Below, in pieces: positions 1-9,638 of a DNA stretch of 64,000 nucleotides. The position numbers were made by a program, and so were the translations under genes. Origin of the DNA: Nitrosopumilus sp. (lineage in GTDB: Archaea > Thermoproteota > Nitrososphaeria > Nitrososphaerales > Nitrosopumilaceae); NCBI GenBank assembly GCA_965205215.1, contig OZ242041.1:2034240-2098239 (forward strand), read 5' to 3'. The notes under the pieces were generated by a model. That model was not told where the DNA came from, did not search any database, and saw only the letters and a list, made by a program, of their open reading frames with translations. Numbering within the stretch: position 1 is the stretch's first letter; each line of letters opens with the position of its first letter.

Positions 1-1331
1 TGGAGCCCCACATCGTGGGGCCGCACACGCCGGACCTGGCAAGGCCCATCTCGGGGCTTGCCAAGGACGTGGAGTCGAACTCGTACACGGACGAGATCTC
101 CGTGGCGCTGATCGGCAGCTGCACCAACTCGTCCTACGAGGACATGTCGCGCGCAGCCAGCCTGGCAGAGCAGGCAAGCAGGCTCGGCATCACGTCAAAG
201 GCGCCGCTGCTTGTAACTCCGGGCTCCGAGCAGATACGGGCCACGATCGAGCGCGACGGGCAGATGGAATCGCTGCGTGGCATAGGCGCGACCGTCCTTG
301 CAAACGCCTGCGGGCCCTGCATAGGGCAGTGGAACAGGCCCGAGCTCGAGCCCGGCGCCGAGAACACCATCGTAACGACGTTCAACCGCAACTTTCCGGG
401 CCGCAACGACGGCAGGCGCTCGACTTTGAACTTTATCGGCAGCCCCGAGATGATCATAGCGCTGGCGCTCGGGGGCCGGCTCTCGTTTGACCCCACGAGG
501 GACGAGCTCGTGTCGGCCGACGGCACGAGGCACGTGCTCGAGCCGCCCCCGCCGGCGCCCGAGGTGCCGCCCCGGGGGTTCGCGGGCACCGACTCGGTGT
601 ACGTGGAGCCGCCCGCGGCAGGGGATGCTGAGAGCATAAGGGTCGCGATAGACCCGGACAGCGGCAGGCTGCAGAAACTGGAGCCATTCGAGCCGTGGGA
701 CGGGCAGGACTACGAGGAGATGTCCGTAATGGCAAAGGCCCGCGGCAAGTGCACCACCGACCACATCTCGCCTGCCGGCGCGTGGCTGTCACTGAGGGGC
801 CACCTTGACAGGCTGAGCGACAACCTGCTGCTTGGCGCCGTAAACGCGTTCACGGGGGACGTGGGCTCCGGAAAGAACGCGCTGACCGGCAAGACGGAGC
901 AGTTCGCGGCCATCGCAAGGCAGTACAAGGAGCAGCGCATGAAGTGGGTCATAGTGGGAGACCACAACTACGGCGAGGGCAGCAGCAGGGAGCACGCCGC
1001 AATGACGCCGCGCTACCTGGGGTGCGCGGCGGTCATTGCAAGGAGCCTTGCACGCATACACGAGACCAACCTCAAAAAGCAGGGGGTGCTGGCCCTGACC
1101 TTTGCGGACCACGCGGACTACGACCGCATACGGGAGGACGACCGCATAAGCCTGCACGGGCTGTCGCACATGGAGCCCGGCAGGCCCGTAGCATGCACGA
1201 TAACGCACGCGGACGGCGAGTCGGAGGACATACAACTGGCGCACTCGTACAACGAGCTCCAGATAGAATGGTTCAAGGCGGGCTCCGCCCTGAACGTGCT
1301 CAAGCGCGGGCGGGACGGGCAGGACGCGTGA
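1..1331 (+). CDS. Aconitate hydratase (5'-truncated by window edge)
   Basis: IGSCTNSSYED, ANACGPCIGQW, CTTDHISPAG and NYGEGSSREHAA motifs. Confidence 0.95.
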   Translation, partial: EPHIVGPHTPDLARPISGLAKDVESNSYTDEISVALIGSCTNSSYEDMSRAASLAEQASRLGITSKAPLLVTPGSEQIRATIERDGQMESLRGIGATVLANACGPCIGQWNRPELEPGAENTIVTTFNRNFPGRNDGRRSTLNFIGSPEMIIALALGGRLSFDPTRDELVSADGTRHVLEPPPPAPEVPPRGFAGTDSVYVEPPAAGDAESIRVAIDPDSGRLQKLEPFEPWDGQDYEEMSVMAKARGKCTTDHISPAGAWLSLRGHLDRLSDNLLLGAVNAFTGDVGSGKNALTGKTEQFAAIARQYKEQRMKWVIVGDHNYGEGSSREHAAMTPRYLGCAAVIARSLARIHETNLKKQGVLALTFADHADYDRIREDDRISLHGLSHMEPGRPVACTITHADGESEDIQLAHSYNELQIEWFKAGSALNVLKRGRDGQDA

Positions 1332-1429
1332 TCTTGGTTCCATGCGGTTACGAACCGTACGGACTACTAGGGGGCGCCATCACGGTGCATGCCGCGCGCA
1401 GTCAGTGTGACCGCGCTGTTAAGGGGACG

Positions 1430-1579
1430 TGGGGCCGACCGGAATCGAACCGGCGACCTACGGGTCACTACAGCTCCAAACTTACATCATCCGTGAGTCA
1501 GTTTGCTTAGTTTACCTCTGGAGCCCTTAGCGGTGATCTGTGTAGATACTGTCGCCCTACCAGGCTAGGCTACGACCCC
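1430..1579 (-). tRNA. tRNA-Trp(CCA) with two introns (~1527-1550 in the anticodon stem; ~1466-1517 at canonical 37/38)
   Basis: Removing both inserts gives GGGGTCG-TA-GCCT..GGGC-G-ACGGG-CT-CCA-GA-CCCGT-AGGTC-GCCGG-TTCGATT-CCGGT-CGGCCCC; AT-rich TATA-like element at ~1603-1612. Confidence 0.9.
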
Positions 1580-1750
1580 ACAATACTGCGTCTGCATGCT
1601 TGAATTTTAAGCTATATGAGGCAGCAGTATGATCCAGGCCCATTGAAGGTTCATGCCCGTCGTCCTGCGTCCTAAGGCATCACAGGAGACCGTGCCATGC
1701 CCCAAAGCGCTTGGAATCAAACTTATTTGACGACACGGCGTACATACCGC

Positions 1751-2293
1751 ATGGTAAGGCCGTTCTATCTGGCTCTGGGCGCCATTCCAGTCGTCATGGC
1801 GCTCCTCATCTCGGTGCCCCTCCTGACCAAAAACGAGATACCCGTGTCAGCAGCACACTCCTTTGACACGATAGACATCGAGTATACAAAGCACCAGCTC
1901 AAAAAGGTCTCGCACGGCATAACGGAGCGGGTGGGCTCGCAGTACACGGAGATTCTGGTCATAAAGAACGACGGCGAGGTGAGGTATACAGTCTCCGACC
2001 AGGGGTACCTCAGGCCCGACATAAAGTCCGAGCTTGACGACGCAAAGCTTGCAAAGATCAGGGCCCTCATAAAGGAGACGGGGTTCATCTCCATCCCGTC
2101 GGAGTCGTTTCCGGTGTTTGAGAACGCGACCGAATACCAAAAGTCAAACGTAAAGGTGACGCTCAACGGCAGGACCAACCAGCTCCACTGGCCGGAGCAG
2201 AACGTCACGTCCGGATTCATACCGCCCATAATCACGATGGTGGAGTCGGAGCTCGACGGGATCATAGAGGACCTGCAGAAGCGGCAGCCGTGA
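1751..2293 (+). CDS. Hypothetical membrane-anchored protein
   Basis: N-terminal hydrophobic helix; coding-like ORF; ATG 1751 chosen over 1697. Confidence 0.7.
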   Translation: MVRPFYLALGAIPVVMALLISVPLLTKNEIPVSAAHSFDTIDIEYTKHQLKKVSHGITERVGSQYTEILVIKNDGEVRYTVSDQGYLRPDIKSELDDAKLAKIRALIKETGFISIPSESFPVFENATEYQKSNVKVTLNGRTNQLHWPEQNVTSGFIPPIITMVESELDGIIEDLQKRQP

Positions 2294-2397
2294 CGACGAT
2301 TGCGACAACTGGGGGGAGGGCCGCGTTGGAACTCGCATCCTTACACCATAACCCGGGCCTGCTGGCTGCGGGCGCCTGTGGATTCTAGTGATGCCAG

Positions 2398-2580
2398 TCC
2401 GGTTTGGACGCAGACGCCGCACGAGGCGGACTCCCGCCGTGTCGTGACTGCACGCCCTGCCCTTGGGCACAAATCACAATCACCTGAATTCACGCGCTGG
2501 CAAGAAACGAACCGGATCTCAGAGATGGTAGGGGAGTCGGGCCATCACCCGACAATACACAGAAACCTGAGAGCGAGTAG
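2398..2580 (+). repeat. Degenerate copy 1 of a ~180-200-bp non-coding repeat
   Basis: Aligns by eye with 3422-3600 (roughly 75-80% identity over the core, mostly transitions). Confidence 0.85.
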
Positions 2581-2610
2581 CTTGGAAACACACTCTCAAC
2601 TACTAATCTT

Positions 2611-3243
2611 TCAGGAATCGCCTCGATTGCGCATGTTGTCTATAGCTTTGGCGCTGTCAGTGAGGGTGCGTGCCAGAAACTGGGCGATGTCTGTAATTTC
2701 TGCTTCATAGTCAGGATGAAAATCTACGGCAAACCAGTCATCAAGGGCGCGTTTGGCATGGACCTCCCCAAGATTCTCTAAATCATGCACAGGCTTGATA
2801 ACGTATTCTTCCATTTTTTCTATGTATGATTCCTTGTCGGTCGCAGTACGCTCCTCCAACCAGATGGCGACTCGATCAATCAGCGCGTCGACTTCGCCCT
2901 CCGTGCCTCCTTCCTCCCTTGCAACATCCACAAGAAACCTTACCGTGTCAAGTGGAAGCACCAGATAATGCCCATTTTTCTGCAAAAAAAACGCGACAAG
3001 TATGGCAGTCCGTTTGTTGCCGTCCGGAAACGGGTGTAGGCGCGTTATGCCCTCCAGATAGCACGCCGCCTTCCTGTAGATGGTGTCATATTTCACGCGT
3101 CCGTACAGTTGCATGTGTGGCTTTTCCGCTATCGCCTTGATCTTGCCCTCGTCAATCTTTCCTTCCGTTATGCCGTGCGGAAACTGCTATCGAACCACTT
3201 CGTGCAACGCCACAAGGCCCTGCTCTGTTATTTCCCTGTACAT
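2611..3243 (-). pseudogene. doc: Doc/Fic-family toxin with in-frame TAG at codon 19 (3187-3189)
   Basis: HPFPDGNKRTA Fic/Doc motif; ATG 3243 overlaps the upstream ORF stop (TGATG) and reads MYREITEQGLVALHEVVR*QFPHG in frame with ORF 2611-3114. Confidence 0.75.
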
Positions 3244-3350
3244 CAGATTTCGGACAGTCGCTGAAAGACAGCCCTGTTTTCGTTTATCACCTTTTCTGCG
3301 ATGGACTTTAGTTCCTTTATCTCTTCATCCTCACTCTGCTCGGTGGCCAT
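3243..3350 (-). CDS. Putative 35-aa antitoxin for the Doc toxin (MATEQSEDEEIKELKSIAEKVINENRAVFQRLSEI)
   Basis: Translationally coupled to doc; TATA-like AT tract ~25 nt upstream; C-terminal amphipathic helix resembles Doc-neutralising antitoxin tails; below ORF-track length cutoff. Confidence 0.65.
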   Translation of the reverse strand: MATEQSEDEEIKELKSIAEKVINENRAVFQRLSEI

Positions 3351-3390
3351 TGTTTTGGATAAGACATCTTCGTTATTAAAATTAACTAAG

Positions 3391-3600
3391 GTCGGTTCCT
3401 GTGCGTTGCCGGATAAGAAGGATCCGGCTTGGACGCAGGCGCCTCAGGAGGCAGATTTCCGCCGCGCCGTGACTGCACGCCCTGTCTTTGGGCACGGATT
3501 ATAGCCACTTGGATTCGCGTGCTGGCAAGAGGCGGATCGGATCTCATAGACAGGGTTGGAGCCACCGCCGGATAACGCACGGGAACCGGCGGGCAAATAG
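3391..3600 (+). repeat. Copy 2 of the non-coding repeat, closed by a 17-bp terminal stem (MITE-like or structured RNA)
   Basis: GTCGGTTCCTGTGCGTT (3391-3407) pairs with AACGCACGGGAACCGGC (3574-3590): 15 Watson-Crick plus 2 G-U pairs. Confidence 0.75.
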
Positions 3601-3630
3601 ATAAAATAGCCCGAGGCGTCGATCCCACGT

Positions 3631-4599
3631 ATGATATCACTATCGGGGCAGCGCGGTGACGCGGCCGGGGTCGTGCGCGACAAGTCCGGCTCTACGGACT
3701 CCATGCGGGGCACCGCCAGGCTGAAGCGCGGGTTCGCGCACATGCTCAAAAACGGGGTCGTCATGGACGTGACCAATGCGGAGCAGGCCAGAATAGCGGA
3801 GGAGGCGGGCGCCGTGTCGGTCATGGTGCTTGACAAGCTGCCCTCCGACGTCAGGCGCGCAGGCGGGGTCGCCCGCACGGCGAGCATCAAGGTCATAGAG
3901 GAGATCATGGACTCTGTTACGATACCCGTAATGGCAAAGTGCCGGATAGGGCACGTGGCCGAGGCCCGGGTGCTGGCATCCTGCAACGTCGACATGGTCG
4001 ACGAGTCCGAGGTGCTCACGCCCGCCGACGAGTCACACCACATATGGAAGTGGGACTTTACCACGCCGTTTGTAAACGGGGCGCGATCGCTTGCCGAGGC
4101 CCTCAGGCGCATAGAGGAGGGCGCTGCCATGATACGCACAAAGGGCGAGCCGGGAACCGGCAACGTGGCCGAGGCCGTCACGCACATCAAAAAGCTCAAC
4201 GACGAGATGCGCGTCATAAGGGCGGTCAGGGACTCCGGGGATAAACAGGACATGATAAGGCTGGCCAGGGAGTTCCGCGTCTCGTACGACATGCTGGACC
4301 AGACTGCAAAGCTGGGAAGGCTGCCGGTCGTAAACTTTGCGGCCGGCGGCATCGCCACACCCGCGGACACGGCATACCTGATGTCGCTTGGATGCGACGG
4401 GATATTCGTCGGGTCCGGCATATTCAGTTCCGATGACGCGGCCGAGCGGGCGCGGTCCATAGTCATGGCGACCACGTACTGGGACGATCCCGACGTGGTG
4501 TGCGAGGCGCAGAAGATGATCGACGAGAGGCAGTCCATGCTGGGACTGGACGTAAAGACGCTTGACTTGCGCATGCAGGAGAGGGGGGCGTCGGCATGA
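3631..4599 (+). CDS. pdxS: Pyridoxal 5'-phosphate synthase lyase subunit
   Basis: [41 protein letters not shown]. Confidence 0.97.
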   Translation: MISLSGQRGDAAGVVRDKSGSTDSMRGTARLKRGFAHMLKNGVVMDVTNAEQARIAEEAGAVSVMVLDKLPSDVRRAGGVARTASIKVIEEIMDSVTIPVMAKCRIGHVAEARVLASCNVDMVDESEVLTPADESHHIWKWDFTTPFVNGARSLAEALRRIEEGAAMIRTKGEPGTGNVAEAVTHIKKLNDEMRVIRAVRDSGDKQDMIRLAREFRVSYDMLDQTAKLGRLPVVNFAAGGIATPADTAYLMSLGCDGIFVGSGIFSSDDAAERARSIVMATTYWDDPDVVCEAQKMIDERQSMLGLDVKTLDLRMQERGASA

Positions 4600-5357
4600 G
4601 CGACGGCGGCGGCGGCAGTAGCAGTGGTAGCGGCAACAGAAAAGGCGTCCGCATAGGGGTGCTTTCTATACAGGGCGACGTGGCAGAGAACGTGGCCGCC
4701 ATATCAAGCGCGCTAAAGGCGCCGCGCGGCTTTGAGGACGACGCCGTGCTGCAGGTAAAGACCGCCGGCGAGATAGCAGGGCTGGACGGACTCGTGATTC
4801 CGGGAGGCGAGAGCACCACAATCGGCAGGCTCTCCGCTGCAGGCGGCGTGCTTGACGCCATACGGGAAAGGGTCAACGGCGACGGCATGCCGGTCCTGGG
4901 CATATGCGCGGGACTGATCCTGCTTGCAAGATCAGCCGACGACCGGACGGTCGGAAGGCTCGACGGGCAGCCGCTCCTGGGGGTGCTCGACGTCGAGGTG
5001 CAGCGCAACGCCTTCGGGCGCCAGCGCCAGTCCTTTGAGGCCAAGCTGGACATCAGGCCGCTTGCGATATCAAACTTCAAGGGCGTCTTTATCCGGGCCC
5101 CCGTCGTGTGCGGGACGGGGCCTGACGTGGAGGCGCTCTGCGAGCTGCCGCCTAGCGCGGGCGACGGCGGTGGGGATGGCGAGAATAATGATAGTGGCGA
5201 TACGGCCCCCGATGCCGGCGGCAACAGCCCGCGGCGCAGGATAGTAGCGGTCCGCAAGGGCGACATAATCGGCACGGCGTTCCACCCCGAGCTGTCCGGC
5301 GACCTTGCCGTGCACAAGTACTTTGTGGACGCGGTGCGGCGCAAAAGGCGCGGTTAA
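4596..5357 (+). CDS. pdxT: PLP synthase glutaminase subunit
   Basis: [25 protein letters not shown]; overlaps pdxS. Confidence 0.96.
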   Translation: MSDGGGGSSSGSGNRKGVRIGVLSIQGDVAENVAAISSALKAPRGFEDDAVLQVKTAGEIAGLDGLVIPGGESTTIGRLSAAGGVLDAIRERVNGDGMPVLGICAGLILLARSADDRTVGRLDGQPLLGVLDVEVQRNAFGRQRQSFEAKLDIRPLAISNFKGVFIRAPVVCGTGPDVEALCELPPSAGDGGGDGENNDSGDTAPDAGGNSPRRRIVAVRKGDIIGTAFHPELSGDLAVHKYFVDAVRRKRRG

Positions 5358-7834
5358 CCACTGTTTGTTATGTTGTGCATCGCCCTCAGGTCCCTCTCAA
5401 ACGGCTTTAGGGCGTCCGGAATCTCCAATGCAATCCCGTCCTTTAGCGACAGGCTCTCGGACTTTTTCCTGTTCCACACCATGGAGTTGAACTCTGTTAT
5501 CGCCCTGGTGGTGGCGTCGTCACCGCCGTCGGGGCCGCCCGGTGCGGGCGCGCGGCCGGGCAGCGCCTCGAGGTGTATGCTCCTGCCGTCCGGCGCGGCG
5601 TACATCCTCTGCCACAAATACTCCGTGATGAACGGCGTGATGGGGGCAAGCAGCCTCAGTATGGCCTGCAGCACGGCGTGGAGCGTCCGCACGGCCGCCC
5701 GCCGCTCCTCCTCGGAGAAGCCCATCCCGTACGCCCTCCCCTTCACCATCTCGATATAGTGCGCGGCAAACACGTTCCACGTAAACTCCCTGACCGCGAT
5801 GGCGGGGGTGAAAAAGTTGTACTCCGAATACCCCCTGCGGCACCGCTCTACCAGCGCGTCAAGCTCCCCGAGTATCCACCGGTCCGTGTCCTGCAGGCTG
5901 TCGCGCGCCGGCTTGTCCTGCACCAGCAGGTCCGCGCCCTCGTCCCCCACGTCCGGGACCTCGAATGAGGACAGGAACCTGGAGACGTTCCACAGCTTGC
6001 TGAGGAACTTTTTTGCCGACTCTATCTTCTGCTCGCTGCACCTAAAGTCGTACCCGTGGTTCACCTCACTTGCGTTCCAGAACCGGAACGTGTCGGCCCC
6101 TAGCCTCTCTATCACAGGTAGAGGGTCTATCGCGTTGCCCTTGCTCTTGCTCATCTTCAGCCCATGCTCGTCAAGCCCGTACCCCATTATCCACGCCTCC
6201 GACCAGGGCGCCGTGCCGGTCATCTTGTCGCACCGCAGCAGCGTATAGTACAGCCAGGTCCTGACGATATCCTTTGCCTGGGGCCTGATGGAGGCCGGAT
6301 ACAGCCTCTCGAACCTGTCGTCCGCCCCGTCGCCGTCGTCGGCGGCGGCGCCCGCGTACCCGCATATGAACAGCGGCGATATGCTCGAGTCCATCCACGT
6401 GTCAAACGTGCGCTCCTCGCCGGCAAAGTCCGACGCCCCGCACTTGGGGCACTCCCGGGCGGGGCACTCCTCAGTCCAGGGCCTGTAGTACCTTCCGGGT
6501 TCCGGCACGTACGTGTCGCCGCACTTTTGGCAGCGCCATGCAGGAATCTCGGTGCCGTAGTAGCGGCGCCTCGATATGGGCCAGTCCATGCTTATGGACT
6601 CGAGCCAGTTGAACAGGACCTGCTTGTGCATGGGGGGATGGAAGGTTATCTTCTCTGCCATCTCCCTGATCCTGTCCGTGTAGTCCATCTGCTTCATGTA
6701 GTACTCCTCCATCGGGATTATCTCTATGGGGTTCCTGCTCCTCTCCGCCACCGGGGTACGGTGCGTGATCTCCTCCACCCTGCTGATGATGTCTCCGGAC
6801 CCTTGCATGTCCTCGATGATCTTGGCCCTCGCCTGTTTTGGCCTGAGGCCCGCGTAGGGGCCCGCGGCGTCGGCCATGCGGCCGTCGAGGCCGATGGCGG
6901 CCACCTCCTCGAGCCCCAGCTCCCGGAACAGCGCCACGTCGTTCTGGTCGCCATAGCTGCACACCATCACGGCGCCCGACCCGAACTCGGCCCTTGCCGA
7001 GTGGTGCTCCAGTATGGGCACCTTCTGGTTCGTAACGGGCACCGTAACGGTCCGGCCCGCGCATCCCGAGTACCTCTCGTCGTCGGCGTTCACTATCACG
7101 GCCCTGCAGGCGCACAGCAGCTCGGGCCTGGTGCTCGCGACTATGATGTGGTCTTCTCCGTCCTCCCGCGGGGCCTCGAGTTTGAACCTCATGTGCACGA
7201 GCTTTGCGGGCATCTCGACGTACGCGATCTCCGCGTCCGCTATGGTGGTGCCGGACACCCAGTCGTAGTTGTTGGGCCTGTTTGCCAGGTAGACGTCCCC
7301 GTTGCGCCACATTTTGATGAACGTGGCCTGCGTGAGCGCCCTGTACTGGGGCGTGTCGGTGCGGTACCTGTTGGACGTGTCGCCGCTGAGCCCCAGCCCG
7401 TCCATTATCTGGACCATCTCGGCCTCCAGCTCGTCAAGCGAGTCGCTGCACATCTCCAGGAACTTGGTGCGGCCAGTCTCCCGCATCCGGATGTTGTGCT
7501 TTTTCTCCGTGTATATCTCGACTGGCAGCCCGTTTCGGTCTATCCCTATTGGAAAGTAGACGTTCTTGCCGGACATGCGGGCGGTGCGGGCTATCATGTC
7601 TATCTGCGAATAGTGGGCCGCGGCCCCGATGTGCCAGGGCCTGCCCGACGGGTACGGGGGCGGCGTGTCGATAGTATAGTTGCGGCCCTTCTCCTGCAGG
7701 GTGAACCTGTAGGTGTCCTCTTGCTGCCACTTTCTTCGTATCTCCGACTCGAGCCCCGGGTTCCAGGCCTTTTCTGTTATTGCGGGGGCCCTCCTGCCGT
7801 TGTCGCCCCCGTCGCCGTCACTGCCTCCGCTCAT
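5354..7834 (-). CDS. valS: Valine--tRNA ligase
   Basis: DTPPPYPSG..HIG, DWPISRRR, DTWMDSS, KMSKSKGN. Confidence 0.93.
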   Translation of the reverse strand: MSGGSDGDGGDNGRRAPAITEKAWNPGLESEIRRKWQQEDTYRFTLQEKGRNYTIDTPPPYPSGRPWHIGAAAHYSQIDMIARTARMSGKNVYFPIGIDRNGLPVEIYTEKKHNIRMRETGRTKFLEMCSDSLDELEAEMVQIMDGLGLSGDTSNRYRTDTPQYRALTQATFIKMWRNGDVYLANRPNNYDWVSGTTIADAEIAYVEMPAKLVHMRFKLEAPREDGEDHIIVASTRPELLCACRAVIVNADDERYSGCAGRTVTVPVTNQKVPILEHHSARAEFGSGAVMVCSYGDQNDVALFRELGLEEVAAIGLDGRMADAAGPYAGLRPKQARAKIIEDMQGSGDIISRVEEITHRTPVAERSRNPIEIIPMEEYYMKQMDYTDRIREMAEKITFHPPMHKQVLFNWLESISMDWPISRRRYYGTEIPAWRCQKCGDTYVPEPGRYYRPWTEECPARECPKCGASDFAGEERTFDTWMDSSISPLFICGYAGAAADDGDGADDRFERLYPASIRPQAKDIVRTWLYYTLLRCDKMTGTAPWSEAWIMGYGLDEHGLKMSKSKGNAIDPLPVIERLGADTFRFWNASEVNHGYDFRCSEQKIESAKKFLSKLWNVSRFLSSFEVPDVGDEGADLLVQDKPARDSLQDTDRWILGELDALVERCRRGYSEYNFFTPAIAVREFTWNVFAAHYIEMVKGRAYGMGFSEEERRAAVRTLHAVLQAILRLLAPITPFITEYLWQRMYAAPDGRSIHLEALPGRAPAPGGPDGGDDATTRAITEFNSMVWNRKKSESLSLKDGIALEIPDALKPFERDLRAMHNITNSG

Positions 7835-8760
7835 TGCGCAATGTCCCTGATCTTTGTTATGATGTGGGAGCCCTTGTTGTATCCCTCGTATATGTAGACG
7901 CCGACTGCCTCCACGTTTGGCGGCATCTTTGGCGCAAGCAGCCTGATCAGCTCCGTCGCCAGGTTCTCCACGGTCGCCTCGCCCTGTAACAGGTACGTCG
8001 TGTCCTTTGGCACCTGCAGGTCGAACCTGCCCCGCGGGCCGTCGAACCTTATCGTATAGTGTGCGTCGTCCCGCCCCGCCACGTACCTCTCGTTTATGAA
8101 GAACTTGTGGTCAAACACGGACACCGCCTCCCTTATGATCTCCTTTGCCACCCCAAAGTCAACCAGCAGGTTGTCCTTCATCTGCCCGACCAGCTCGACC
8201 ATCACAGACGACGTGTGGCCGTGCAGTATTGAGCACTTTTCGACGAGTGGCAGTATGTGGGCATAGTCAAACGAGAACGAGGGATCCTCCAGGAATATGG
8301 AGCCCGTCTGGGGCGCCTTGTTGTCATAGCATATGATGTCGCCAATCTCGCTTATGCGCGCCACGTTCCTGGCCCCCCCTATTGCCATGATCCGCGTGCC
8401 GGACGACGCAGTCGAGGGGTGGGATCTCACCATCTCATACTTGGCAAGATCGTCCTCGCCGTCTACCACCTCTATGAGGCCTTTGTCGGTCTTAAAGTCG
8501 ATACGTACCGTCCGGCCCTTGCCGTCGCCCAAGTCCATGGCGTGCCCGTACTCGTACGCGATGCCGAGAAAGTCCAGCATCTGGGACACGGCAAGCTCCG
8601 TCCTGCTCTTCATCATGTTCCCCTTCCCGTCCACGTACACAAAGTCCGAGTCGAGTATCTGGGACTGGTCGGCGGGGGGCGGCCGCGACGGGCGCGTTGA
8701 CGGCGGAGATGCCGGCGATGGTGCGGCAGACGGCGTCGAGTCCATAATACCGTGCCCCAC
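7831..8760 (-). CDS. 6-pyruvoyl-tetrahydropterin synthase/QueD-like domain fused to an N-terminal PD-(D/E)xK-like domain
   Basis: C-terminal F.YAH..C..LHGH..DHK..T.ENLA motifs; N-terminal KSRTE..L..LGIAYEY..IDF..IEV pattern. Confidence 0.75.
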   Translation of the reverse strand: MGHGIMDSTPSAAPSPASPPSTRPSRPPPADQSQILDSDFVYVDGKGNMMKSRTELAVSQMLDFLGIAYEYGHAMDLGDGKGRTVRIDFKTDKGLIEVVDGEDDLAKYEMVRSHPSTASSGTRIMAIGGARNVARISEIGDIICYDNKAPQTGSIFLEDPSFSFDYAHILPLVEKCSILHGHTSSVMVELVGQMKDNLLVDFGVAKEIIREAVSVFDHKFFINERYVAGRDDAHYTIRFDGPRGRFDLQVPKDTTYLLQGEATVENLATELIRLLAPKMPPNVEAVGVYIYEGYNKGSHIITKIRDIAQ

Positions 8761-8945
8761 ACGAGTTCGTTATAAATTCTATAAACGGGCGGCTCTCAAA
8801 GCCGCGGCGCAACAGGTCGTCCCCTCCCCAAACCGGACTGCCTAGATCCGTCTTACCGGCATCAGGATTCCAGAGTCCATGCGTGGGGTGCAAGAGAGTG
8901 TGAGGGTGGAGCAAACAGCTACATGGAGCTGGAGAGCAGTCCGGC

Positions 8946-9230
8946 CTATGCAATCAGCGAGTCAAGCACCCTTGCCAGGTTGATGTCGTTTGACGTGATG
9001 CCCCCCGCGTCGTGGGTGGTCAGGTCTATGGTCAGCCTGTTGTACACGTTGAGCCATTCGGGATGGTGGTTTGCCTTTTCGATCTCCATTGCGGCCCTCG
9101 TCATGAATCCGAACGCGGCGTTGAACGTGTCAAACAGGTATTCCTTGTGGAGTTTGCCGTTGACGACCTCCCATCCGGCCATGCCGCTTGTCGCATTCAT
9201 TATCTCTTCTTCGGACAGCACGGCAGGCAT
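8946..9230 (-). CDS. Pterin-4-alpha-carbinolamine dehydratase
   Basis: NHHPEW.NVYN..LTTHDAGGIT.NDI. Confidence 0.95.
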   Translation of the reverse strand: MPAVLSEEEIMNATSGMAGWEVVNGKLHKEYLFDTFNAAFGFMTRAAMEIEKANHHPEWLNVYNRLTIDLTTHDAGGITSNDINLARVLDSLIA

Positions 9231-9403
9231 GACATCCAGTGCCGCATGACAGTTAAATGGATTGCGGATGCACGTTTCTATGCGGATTCATAATCTCGAA
9301 CCCTCAAACCAATCCCGCAAATAGTATGACGCCAATCGACCGTGTTTTCCAGAGGCTGCTCCGCTCAATCTTATATACTGCCATATACAAGGATATGCAC
9401 AAC

Positions 9404-9634
9404 ATGACTGCAACCACTGTGAGGATCGACGCCGAGACAAAAGCGCTAATCTCAGATAGAAAGAACCACCCCCGGGAGTCATTGGAGGATGTCATAAAAA
9501 GAATGATAGCAGTCTATGACATGGATCGCCACTTGAGTGACGACGAGCTTAAAGCGGTCGAACTGGGAATGCGAGACGTTCGGACGGGGAGAACCATATC
9601 CGGTGCGGATCTGAGGAAAAAATTAGGGCTGTGA
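9404..9634 (+). CDS. Putative type II antitoxin (RHH-like)
   Basis: TTVRID..K..HPRES.EDVI pattern; lies directly upstream of a RelE-like toxin; TTATATA box at 9371; lower GC. Confidence 0.7.
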   Translation: MTATTVRIDAETKALISDRKNHPRESLEDVIKRMIAVYDMDRHLSDDELKAVELGMRDVRTGRTISGADLRKKLGL

Positions 9635-9638
9635 CGCA

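Noticed and set aside
2300-2710. 136-aa ORF sharing peptide similarity with ORF 3301-3504
   Set aside because: The similarity comes from the non-coding repeat; substitutions are not synonymous-biased and copy 2 has a stop.
3391-3400. CGGTTCC shared between the 200-bp repeat end and the TnpB element target site
   Set aside because: Only 7 bp; the 18-bp TnpB TIR is absent, so no link can be claimed.
6164-7897. Long antisense ORFs (577 aa here; also 16810-18828, 22413-23702, 58917-60131)
   Set aside because: Shadow ORFs of high-GC genes opposite clearly identified proteins.
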